From positions 1-31,012 of IMG/VR virus record IMGVR_UViG_3300037465_000112: a stretch of DNA of 31,012 bases; one strand, written 5' to 3'. A model generated the notes under the pieces. That model did not search any database. It was not told where the DNA came from and worked only from the letters and a program-made list of their open reading frames with translations. A program made the translations under genes and the position numbers. Each line of letters opens with the position of its first letter. Within the stretch, counting starts at the first letter, position 1. The DNA is from a virus. Lineage: Duplodnaviria; Caudoviricetes. Of the stretch, positions 8,401-20,400 are shown piece by piece.

Positions 8401-11400
8401 GCGTCAATTATTCCAGCTGTGCCGGCAACCATCTGAGACATCAACGCAGTTTGAGTATCCTGCCTAGAAGTGATTGGGTTGGTGATGTACTGCTGGTAGT
8501 CTTTACCTAGCGCTTCTCTTGCCTTTTGCTTAGCAACTTCTCTGGCCTGCTGCATCACTCGGGTAGCTTCCTCTAGAGCAGGAATTCCTCGGAAAGTCAA
8601 CTCCCCACCTGGCCCCATTTCGGCTTGCTCAGACGTAGCTAACTCCTGGGTCAGAGTGTCAATCATATTTCGAACACCGCTTTCCAAACCAGTATTGTCC
8701 AATTGACCAGAGAACAAAGCATCTGCCATAACCTGGCGGAACTGCTCGGCTTGAGATTGTTGCGCGCGCAGGGCGTTGATCTCAATGTCCTGCTGTTCCT
8801 TGATACGGGCTTCTTTTTCGTCAAACTCGATAGCGGCCATTTCCTCGGCCTCGGCACGGATTTCTGCCATAGATCGAGGACCACCAGTCCTACGCGCCTC
8901 GACAGCCTCCCGTCTCTGCTCGAAGGTAGTCTTGAAGCCCGGCTGTCCAACACGAGCAAACGCACCCTCTAGATCGGAACCGATCTTGTCGTACTGAAGT
9001 GCTTCTGCCTTCTTGAAATCGGCGATCATATTCTCAAGAGAATTGGCAAAATCGGTGGCGGCAATAGCCAGCCTGGCTGGGCCCTTCTTAGCCATCAGAT
9101 CTTTATTCGTTCTCTCCAAATTAGCAATTGCTTCCAATTCTGCTTTGTGGAAATTGAAATATGCCTCTTCTCGTTTCGCCGCAATAGCTTTATCCAAATC
9201 ACCTATCACCTTGAGGTGATCTTGTTCTCGTAGCTTGGCCAGTTCCTCCGGCCCCCTGGCCATAGTTTCTGCGGCAGTACGAGTAACTAGTTTGGCCACT
9301 TCAGGTTTGGACAGCATAGCGTTGTATAGATCTGCTGTCCTTTCCATCTCTTCGGCGGCCGTAGTGCTGGCCGATAGGGCCTCTACTGTTTGGGCAGCGA
9401 TATCGACCGTAGCTCCAATAGCTGCGCCACCTGCTGCGGCGGGAAGCGCCCCAATTCCAGCCAAGGGGGCCCCTACAGCAGCGCCTGCACCAGCCCCCAC
9501 CGTAGTAGCGGTACCGAGTCTCTTGGCCCTTTCTGCCATAGTAATGGTTTGCGGGGCCTCAACTTCTCTAATTCTGTTGATGGCATCTGCAAAAGCTGCC
9601 CGCTGCTCTTCGATGGCTTTTCTTTGCTCTTCCGGCAGCTGCATCAGCTCAGGAGGAAGCGGAGCTAATTCTACAACACGACGTGCCTTTCCAAGCTCGT
9701 CTTCTCGCATCACTTCTCGCATACCCAAAGACTTGAACAGGGTCTGCTGTAGTGCGCCCTGTCCACCCAGTTGTCCCACGGCACCAAGGGCAGACTTGGC
9801 TGTTTCCCGAGCCTGTCGTCCTTCCAAGAATGCCCTAGCGCCTTCCTTATCACCCAAAGCCAGTACCTTTAGAATCTGCTCCAAAAGGCTGGCCTGCTGT
9901 TGCTCAACGTCAAGCTGGGCGTCCATTCTCTTGGCCAATTCAGCATTACCCTTTTCCTGGGCGGCAATAGCTTCAATGGTATCCTTACTCAATCCCGCAC
10001 CAGCCCGTTCCTCTGCCTTCATGCGCTGCTCGGCCGAGAGTTTAGACCATGCTCCTTCGAGCGACTTGATCGTATCCTCAAAATTGGCCCGCTGCTTCAT
10101 AATGTCGGCTAGTAGCTGAGCCTGAGCTTCCCGTTCTCGTTCCTGTTGGGCAATGGCTCGCATACCTCCACCAAATTCAGGTACTTCCAAAGACAACCTT
10201 TCCATGCCCGTCAATTCTCGCATACTCTTACCGAAATCGAGGCTGGGCAGTTCAGCCATTCCCGCCATGGCCCCTGCTGTCTGAATGAGGAATTTGGAAC
10301 GAATCTCTTCCTCAATTCTGGCATCCCGTGTAGCCTGTGCGGCATTTTCCATAGCAACATTCAACTCTTCAATGGCCTTCTGGTAATGCGTTAGTTGAGA
10401 AATCTTGAACCCTTCGGCTTGAAGCTGCATTACTAACGCAGACATGTCCTCAGTCAAAACTTTCAAGGCGCTAGCATTCTGGGCTTGACGAGCATAAGAT
10501 CCCTCTACGTCATCCAGAACAGTTTCGCTGTACTCTTTAGCAAGAATGTTGTACTCTGCTTGAATATCAGCCAATCTTTGAAGCGGTATCTCCAAGCTCT
10601 CCGTGGCCATGACCCTCTGCTCTGCGGTCATTTCTGCCCGCCTGCCCAGACCAATGTCCGGCATGCCGCCTGTAGGCACGCGCACCCCTGCCATAGCCCC
10701 CACAAAAGTCATGTTCATGAGTCGCTTGGTTTCTTCCGCGGCATCCTCCATAGCCTTTCTCTGCCAACGAATGATGCCGTGCTCAAGAATTGTGAATGCT
10801 TCCCCAGCCTGGGCGGTAGTGTTGGTAACCATCTCACTTAGAGAAGATGCAGACACTTCCCGCCAAGTATTATTGGCAGTATCCCACCAACGGTAAATGG
10901 CCTCTCCAACACCTACGCCAGCGATTAGAGTTCTGGCATCTTCCAGGCCGCCACCAAAAGCCTCGGCCAAAGACTTGGCCACTTCCGTGCCAACTATAGC
11001 AACCTCTCCAGTTTGGATTGCTCCCACCGCTTCTTTAGCCAAACCTGTAGTGGGTTTGATTCCACGCTCCGTCAAACTACCAGCCAGCAAGGCAGCGCTG
11101 CCGCCGGTACGGTAATCCACTAGCCCGCCAGCACCGGCCTGTCTAGCCATGGCCCCAAACATAATGGACTTTTCAGTAGCGCCTCTGCCGAAAGCGCCGC
11201 CACCAACCTTTTCTGCCATTTCGGCCGCCTTGGCAAAAGCAGGATTGTTCAGGGCTTCGGCAGCCATCCCAAGATCTTCGAAGCGGGGCAGTCCCTCCAT
11301 AACACTCTTGACCTTGGTGGTGATTTCTAGTACCTGGGAAAGCAACTCGGCGCGCTGGGCGGTCAGCGCCACCAACTCCGCCTCTCCAGAAACCATGATG

Positions 11401-14400
11401 TCGCCCTGGCTGGCCATTTGTTCCCGGGCAGAAACAATCTCCATCATCTTGTCTTGAACTTCCTCTAGCTTGCCCAGAACGCTATATTCTTCTTCTCCGC
11501 CAGCGGTCATGCCACCAACCAGGAACTGCCGGAGCTTATTCCAGGCACCCGAGGCCTTCTTAAGATCATCCACATACGCCGAAATGGTCTTGGCTTGGAA
11601 CATGGCGGTCAGGGCATTTTGCGCATCTAGGGCGGAGGCAGTAACCTTCTTCAGATTCTCATCCAAACCAATCATGAGTTGCCCAGTTTCAGAAATACCC
11701 CTAATCTTGGTCGGATCAACCTGGCCCAAGGCTTCTGAAACTGAGGCAACGGCGTCTCCGTAATTTTGGGCAGCCACGGCGGCACTCTTGTAAGTTCCCT
11801 GATCTACGGCCGTCTTCATGCCCTCCAAATCTTCTAACTTGGCTGCAGCCTGGGACATCTTCTTGAACGCCAGCGACACTCGATCAATGCCTGTGTATTG
11901 ATCACGAAGATGCATGGCGTAATCCTGGCTTCTTCCGATCAAATCCTCATATTCGGCAGCCATATCTGCGCCAGTCTTGTTCGCTTTCTTCCACATGTAG
12001 ATGACGGCAGCTAGCCCAGCAAGTACTAGGCCAATAACTGTGCCGCCCGCAAATACGGTCATGGCGTAGGATGCCTCCCGAATAGCGGTCGTCAGGGAGC
12101 CAAACATAGGAATAACCCTACCTAGTGGACCAGTCAAGGCAGTTATACCCTTGAGGGCCCCGGCCCCTACGGTAGCAATACCTCTGCCTACCGCACCACC
12201 GGCAGCCATCATTTTGGTAGGAGCCGTAACACCTTTTGCGCCAAGGGCTCCGCCTTGCGCAATACCCTTACCAAATTGACCAACTCCCTTTACAGCGGCC
12301 TTGCCCATGCCCAAAAGGCCCGCACTCTTCATCCTATCGGCCATTTCAGTTCCCGCAAAGAGAATCATTAGATCATCCAATGCAGCTGCGGCACGTCCAC
12401 CCACCATACCCAACGCACCCAAAGCGGTAACAGTTGCCAACACCCCATCTGGCAACTTACTAAACACATCCAACATACTTGTAGCCACCTTCACAAGTGT
12501 GGTAGCTGGTCCTAGAACGGATTTTCCTAAAGCCAACCCTAGGCCCTTGAGGGTTTCTTTGAATACTGCGGTTTGCTTGGCTACGCTCTCCATAACCAAA
12601 GCATTCTTCTTGGCAGCAAAACCCTGGGCATTGTGGGCATTAGAGCTGGCCATCAGGGCCTCATCAAAATTCTCCATGAGAACGATGAATTGGTTGTAAT
12701 GCCGAATACCCGAGATAGACTGCGCTACGTTGATTTGTTGCGCTCGCGTCAAATCTCCCCAAACCCCAGCCAACTGCTTCAACACATCCATCGCGGGTCG
12801 GTAATCACCAGTAGCCTCCAAGCTCTGAATTCCCAACCTACCTAGTTGCTTCTGAGCGGCACCGCTTCGCATAGTACGGAACATGAACTTGGTGGCCGTA
12901 GCAACCTCTTTACCGCTTTGTCGAGTAACCGAACCGATGGCTGTTACGATACCCAGGAAGTCCTGGAAGCTAACGCCGGCGACTCCAGCAGCAGCACCGG
13001 ATCTCTTCACGGCGTCGGCAAGATCTTCGGCAGAAATGGCGTGCTTAGCAGCAACGGCCGCCCAAGCATCTACGAACTCGATACTAGTACCAACCTCATC
13101 GCTAAATACCTTGTGGGCTGCGGTCAAGGCTTCCGTAGCTTCTGTAGCATCTAGGGTTGTGGTATTCATTGCCATCATGGTCGCCTTGGTTCTCTCGGTA
13201 ATCTCACTCATCTTCAAACCTTGCTGACCATAAACTACCATACCATCCAACACATCTTCGATGGCCACACCGAAGTTCTTGGCCATACTTACCGCAGTAT
13301 CCTGCATTTTCTCGAAGTCTGTAATGGACGTATCCATAACCTTCTGGAGTTCTACGACCTTGGTCTGAACGGTAACCACCACGCTAACCAAGTTGTGGAA
13401 GGCTCTAACCAAACCATAGATAACACCGGATGCAAAACCCCATTGCACTACGCGGCGAAGAGCATTCTTCATCTGGTTGACCCACAAACTGGTAGCGTTG
13501 GTAGCGTTCTTCATAGAGATCGTTACCGTCTTGCCAACACGCTCGGCCTCAATTCGTACCCGCTGTAAGACCTGCCCAGTTTGGGGATCCACAATATCTT
13601 TGGTGATAGGGGCAAAATGCTTCGGCCTACCGATCTTTGCAAAAGCTTCTTGGTCGTTCACTAGGCTTTGCAATCTTTCTTGGTACGCCTTAGCGGCCGC
13701 TTGCATTTCCTCGTACTGGGCCGTAACTGATTCTGCAAGAGTTCCACCGCCCGTTCCCGCAATTCCAGACAGGCGGGCCTGCTTAGAGGCAGCGGCAAAT
13801 GCCATAGCCCTAGTGCCTTCGTCTGTAAGATCCTTTCCTTGGACAGCCTTAGCGGCGTCCCTGGACAATTTGACAATCTGAGTCAACCAGGCCACTGTTT
13901 CCGAGAACTTACCGTTCTCCATGCCCACGTGCTTGGCTGTGCGGGCAATGATTTCCGCAACCTTAACAAGATTGGCATACATTGCCTCTGGCTTTTGAAC
14001 CAATGCATCCCAAAGTAAAGACCATGCCTTGGTAACATCCCCACCCTCGGCGGCCTTCGCAATAACTTCATCCAAAGCGCCACCCATTTGGGCCTTGAAT
14101 TCCTTACCTTCGTCACCTTGCCCCATGATGTAGGCAAACTGCGCCTTTAGCATTTCCTTGGACGGACGAATACCGGCGTCCACGGCCGCGGGGGCCAATT
14201 CGCCACCAGGGGTTGCAATCGGGCTGGCAATAGTGTAAGCCTTACCCCTAGGTACCAGAGTGGACATGAGGAATTCCTGGAACTGCTCCGATTCTTGTCC
14301 CAGTTGGTTGATGAGATCCGTGTACTTCGTGGGATCTTTGATGTCTTCCCCAGAGGCCTTCATTTGACCAATAGCTTTTTGTAGTTCCCGGGATCGATTT

Positions 14401-17400
14401 AGGAAGTTGACAGAAATGGCCTGGAAGAAGTCTTGCAACAGTCGCATGTAAACCCGCTGACCTTCTCCCTTACCAATTACTTTACCTGTAGCATCGGCCT
14501 GGCCTTCCATTTCATTCACCGCGGCGCGAATATCAGAAGCGACTTGGTACATTTCACGGGTAGACTTTACTCTAGCTTCCGGCCCTTGTATTTCTCCGGC
14601 ACGGGCGGCAGTAATCAAAGACATGGCTTGTTCGGCGCGGCCAGCTATAGGACCAGTCTTGAACGCACCGATAGGAGCATTTTCTGGGGCACCCGGAATT
14701 TCTAGCATGCCGGCTGCGTTTCGGGAAATAGTAGGCAACCCAAGCATCTCAGTTCCCTGGAAAACAGCGGCTTCTTGCATGCCCAACTTTTGAGAAATAC
14801 CCTGTAGGAAACTTGTAACATCCCCACCCCGACCTAGATGCGTGAGGATATCATTGGCCGCCGTGAGTGGCTTCACCGCGCCTTCAGCGGAAGCCGCCAA
14901 TTGATCTATGACACTAGTGAAGTTTCTAACTTCCGAAGCTGCTTCTAGGGAAGTACGCGCAAACTGAAGAACATCCTGCTCGATGTCTACACCACCGGCC
15001 TCGTGAGCGGCGCGTAGAAGGGTATGGAGGTGTTCGGAGAGTTCCTCAATAGCATCATCTGCCACACCGGCCGCTTGCATCAATTTCTTGAATGCCGCCG
15101 GATCTGCTTGATAAGCCAGAAGTTCTTCGGACAAAGTAGACATGGCCTTCTTGTATGCAGCCCGGAGAGCGCCTTCGTCACCCGGAGACGTTGCCTTCAA
15201 TTTATCATACTCGGCGAACGCACTCTTAACATTGAAGGCTCTTTCAGACATAGCTGCCTTGATCTTTTCCAGATTGCGACCGACTGCAGTTCTTTGTTCC
15301 TCTGGCTTACCCGCCTCACCGGTAGAGAGGCTGCGCATCAAGCCAGACTTAGCCTCCTTAAATAACTTGTTGGCCTGATGAATTGCTTCGTGAGATACAG
15401 TTACACCAAAACCCTCTAAACCTCTAGCGATAGTTTCCAAATCTGCAGCAGTGGCGGGGGCCCCTTCTGCTATCTTACGCAATAACTCCATGGCATCTAG
15501 GAATGGCTTGATTCTGAGCTGCTTACTAATGAACATTTCTCCCGACTGGCCCCTACCGCCGCCGTACTTAACGTGCCCAGAGATGCTTTGCAGTTCTTCT
15601 TGGGTCATTCTCTTAGCCACTTCTCTTGGAAGCACGCCTTTCCATGCCTGTTGGGTAGGCACCACTGTCATTCTACTAGAGGCCTTCTCGTACATGACGC
15701 CCATACGATCTGCCAACTCTCGAAGTCGGTTACGAACTGGATTTAGAGTTCCTTCCAACTCAAACTCATTGGCTGCGTCTTCGGCTTCTGTAGCAATATC
15801 CCTTGACAGTAGGCGTACCGCTTCTTGCGCCTGCTCCATTGGGCTTTGCTCTCGGAAAGCCTTGATTTGCTTTTCACGGGTACCAATATACTCGGGAGCC
15901 AATTGTCCCAACAATCTATCCAGATCCAACCCCTTAATCCTACCAGTCTTACCCGGGGTTAGCATCTTCTGCATCTCTTCTTCTACTTCTGCCATATTCA
16001 AACCCTGCGCCTGCAGAGCCGTAATCATGTTCTTCTTCATGTTCTCAAACATGCGTGTGATGATGGCCTTCAAATCCAGGTTATCTACCATCGTTTTGAT
16101 TGCAGACTGGAAGTTCTCGTAGGTAATGTCCTTGGGTAGTAAGTCTTCTATCCCTCCCAGACGAGCTTCTTCACGAAGTCCTTCAGCCCCCTTCATTCTG
16201 AACACATCTGAGAATTGCTGAGTCATCTTATCGCGCATCTTCTGGTTGTAGCGGCCCATTTCCCCATAAATGTCGGCCCCGCCCACATCCATACCTTTGA
16301 AGATCTCACCTAGCCGACCCGTCTTCAGGTTTTCAATTAGGTCTAGCGGACCAGCAACACCACCCCCGCCTCCCTTTTGGGCTAGAGACTTGTTGATATT
16401 GAGCATGATCCAGTCCATACCTGTAGCAAAAGCATCCCCCACCTGTCCTGTGCCGTGGGTAACCGATACCATGATCTTGTTAAATGCGTCTGTCAACAGA
16501 CCAACAGACTTCTTGGGTCCGATAAGCGATTGTGCTTCGAATCGGGCTGTTTCTGCGGTTTGTGGCATCAAAACAGCGCGTTGAAGCTCCCCGGATCTAC
16601 CCTTAGCGACTCCGCCAAACATATCGCTAAACTGTTGGAGGGTTGCGGTTTGTCCGCCGGATACTTCGCCCAAAATCTCAGCCATCATTTGTTGGTAGCT
16701 AACTGCCCCGCGTTCTACCTTTTGCGTAAAGGTCTCTAGCCCGGAACCAGCTTTAGTAGCCGTATCAGACAGCCAGCTAATCTTGTCACCGTCGAAGTCT
16801 AGATTCAGCCCATGCGCCAAGTACAACTGGTTCAACTTCTGAAGCAGTGGAACTAAGTTGGCCAATTCCATCTTGGCAGCTTCGGCGGCCGGGCCCAGCC
16901 CACGAGCCGCATCTATGATTTTTCGCAGTTCCGAGGCCCGTGCCTCTAGTGGGGCCTTCATCTTGGCCAAATCTTCCTTAGAACTAATCGCCATAGGCCC
17001 AGCTACACCAATTCTACCTTCCGGCAATTGACCCGTGGGATCCACCATTGGGCGGGTGGCAAGGAAGCTGGCCGCGCCGGTGGTCGGGTATCTGTGTAGA
17101 AGTCCTGTGCGAGCAACTCGCTCCTCAGCCTCTTCTCTACCAATTCTTCGTTCCCGCATGGTAGCTTCGACCAGATTATCCCAATCTCTCTTGTTTAGAA
17201 GGATAGCGTCGCGAGGAATCTTCTGGATTTCTCCCCCGCCTTGCGCCTCAAGCATTCGATTCCAGGCGGAAAGGGCCTCAGTTGCCCCAGGAACCGAAGT
17301 TCCTAGACGCTGTAATACATCCCCCACTTGCCTCAATTCCTCGTCAATATCTGTCCTGAACTGAACAGCCGTTAGTTCTTTGTGGGATAGGGCAATACCC

Positions 17401-20400
17401 GCCCCCATTTGTGAAGCATATGGGATCTTCATGATAGATGACGGCTTACCACCACTTTCCGTAGCAAATGCTAGGGTGCTGTACATGCCAAGCAGTTCGC
17501 CTTTGAGCTTTTCCAACCGGTCGTGAAGCCTATCTACGGCAGCGGCGTCTTCTTCCATCGTGATGCCCAATTGTTCCATCACTTTCTGTAGAACTTCAGG
17601 GCTTTGTCTCAATGCGCCGGCAGTTGGTACATTCTCGTAGCCTTTTTCGATGCTCTTCGTTGCAGCTCGGCCTCGGAGAACATCTTGCAAACTCAGCATT
17701 CGTCTCTGGGCCGTAGGTTGAGACATTACAAATTCTTCAGCAGAGGTGCCAGCGGCCGCTGTGGTTTCCAAGCGGCCCCTGCCGCCCGCCTTGCTTAGCC
17801 GGTAGAAAGAAATATCCTCAGCTAGCCGCAAACCCTTGATTAGGGGCAAGAATGAGGCTACAAAAGCATCCGCGGCTTCTGCAGAATTGTAAGCAGCATT
17901 AACCTGCAACCTAATTGCTTCGCGTGCTTTATTAGCAGCGTCTTTGAATGTTTCGCTCTCGGTATCTAGCGATGAAACATCGGGGGCAATTTTACCTTCG
18001 GCAGCCCTGATCTGTCTACCCACCTGCATAATCTGGTCTAACTGTCTGGTAATAGGATCAGAACCCTTGGCCCCCAACGGAGTCTCAAAGGCCCCTCTTT
18101 CACCCAGACCCTTACCAATGGCAGGTAGTCGCAGCAAACTCTCGCCGCCACCGCGAGCGGGCAAACGAATAGCCAACGCCTCCTTGAATCTTGGATCCAA
18201 GATGGTGTCGGCGAAATCTTCTATAGCGCCCACTCCAGGAGGTAGTTTCTTGAATTCCTCCGGTAGCATTTCGCGCAGTTTTTCGGATACCACATCTGTT
18301 GCCCCGGCTAGGGACAACAGCGTGTTAACAAATTCCTTCTCCCGCTCTGTAACTTGAGACATTCGAGCCATCATGTCTTGGGCCATCTTGGCCGTGTCGG
18401 CTCTCATTCCCAATGCGCGCATAGCAGGAAGATCGAAGTAACGATCGCCTATCTCGGAAGGTCCTGGTTCCCGTGGCTCCTTATGGCGAAGGAATGACAG
18501 ATTTCCCACCACAGGCATATCTTCAAGCATCGCGGGGCTTACAGAGAAATACTCAGCAGCCTGCTTAGCAGCCTCCACTAGGGTCTTTCCACCATTTACC
18601 ATCGCATCTTCAATAATGTTGGCTACTTCTTGTGCTGTAGGGGCTACGTCCGTCGGAGAAGCTGCTGATTCTGCTATACTGGAGGCTATCATCTTCATTG
18701 GGTCAGACAAAATACCACGCTTAGCCGCCCCGTATCCAGAAAGTGCAGCTTCGGTACCTGCGGGCAACTTAAATGTTCCAGCAAGGTCTTCTACTACCTT
18801 AACTACGCCTTTGAAACCAGCAATTGTACCAATCTTACTACCAGTAAGAAGCGGGTAAAGCTCCTTCAACCTAACGCGGAAGCCCTTCAAACCATTCTCT
18901 ACTACTTCTTCTATACCCTCAACTTCGGCTTCGACACCTTTCATGTCGAATTTGATCTCTTTACCTTCGACGTCATAACCCATGAGCTGCCCATGGATAA
19001 GCTTCTGTCCAACCTTAAAATCTTCAGCCAATGCCTTCATGGGGTCTGTAATCTTAGGTTCCCACATAGACATCTTTTCAGCAGCCTTCTTGTCAATCAG
19101 AATCATGTCCTCATGAACTTCAGGTGTCTTGCGAGGATCTAGATACGCTGTCTTGAGGGTACGTGTCATCTTCTCTTTGAACATACCCGTTTCGTAAGCC
19201 AAGGCCTCACCCTTCCCCATAATCTCAGGGCGGTGACCATAAACCATCTCTCTAGCTTGCTGGGGCTGGAAAGATCGCATTGGGCGCATAGCTCCGCGCC
19301 CACCAAGAATCATGCCTGCTAAATCTCGAAGTTGTACCGGAAGCTCTGCTCCAATAGGTCTTCCGCCTTCACCCTTGATAATTCTAGCTTCAGCAGCACC
19401 GGCTTCTCCCAAGCCTACGGAACCTACAACCTCAGCACCCATCTTACGCAGCTCTTTGAGGGCATCACTCATATCCCAAAGTTCTGCGTTAAGAAGAGCA
19501 ATCTGGGACGACTCGTCCTTCAAAGCCGCTAGGCGATCCTGTAAGGCCTTGTTGTCCGAAAAGTCGATGGAGAGGACGGCCTCTCCTCCCTTTTCAAATG
19601 CCTGGGCCCCTCCCAACTTGGCAACGGGTAGATCCAGAACCCCCTTCATCTCTCGACGAAGCATCGCCAAGGCGCGTTCCTGGCCTCCCGTACCCGCTCT
19701 AGCGGCCCGTTCTGCCTTTACCAAGACCTCACGGAAGTCTGGGGAGCCAGAGAGGGCCTTAAGTCTTTGTGTTAGAACATCACCAAACTCGGTAACTTTT
19801 CCGCCCACAATGGTAAGCGCAGTAGTAACTACCTTAGCTTGACCAGATAGGCCTTTGATCTCAACACTGGCACCCGGGCCAACCCCAACGGCACTTGCTT
19901 CAGGTAGACCTAACCTCTTCAAGAGATCAGGGATCTTGCCCAATGCGCCCAGGCCCAACAACATCTTGTTGAACTTGCCTAGGCTTTCAGATGCACTTTT
20001 AGCCTGCGCCGCAGCGTGCTTTACTAACGGATGCTCCGCAACCGGTTTTTCCGGCTTCGGAGGCGGGGCGGGCGGCGTACGGGACGCAGCTCGCCTCTCA
20101 TCCACCACCTGGGCGGCAGGCCTATCTCTATCTGTACCAGTTCTTCTATCAACGCGACGTTCAGTGGTACCAGAATCCCTACGACCCGCCTCTTGCCGGC
20201 TAATCTGAATATCGCGCGCTCGATTTTTGTTGGATGGTCCAACTTGAGGCTCTACTTGCCCCGGCGGTGGGGGCCCCGCCGCCACTTTCTTCTCCATGGA
20301 CTTAGTGAGCCTCTCCATGGCGGAAACTACGGAAGAAGCAGCATCGTCAAATCTAGATACTAACTGTCGGTTCTCCCTCGCTAGTGCTTCTACAGCTTCG

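Noticed and set aside
16000-19350. Cellular rpoB/rpoC gene, intein or assembly carry-over as the source of the RNAP motifs
   Set aside because: The motifs are highly diverged and compact, lie in one uninterrupted frame with the tape core, and have no intein splice motifs that I could see. Read-level confirmation is still advisable.
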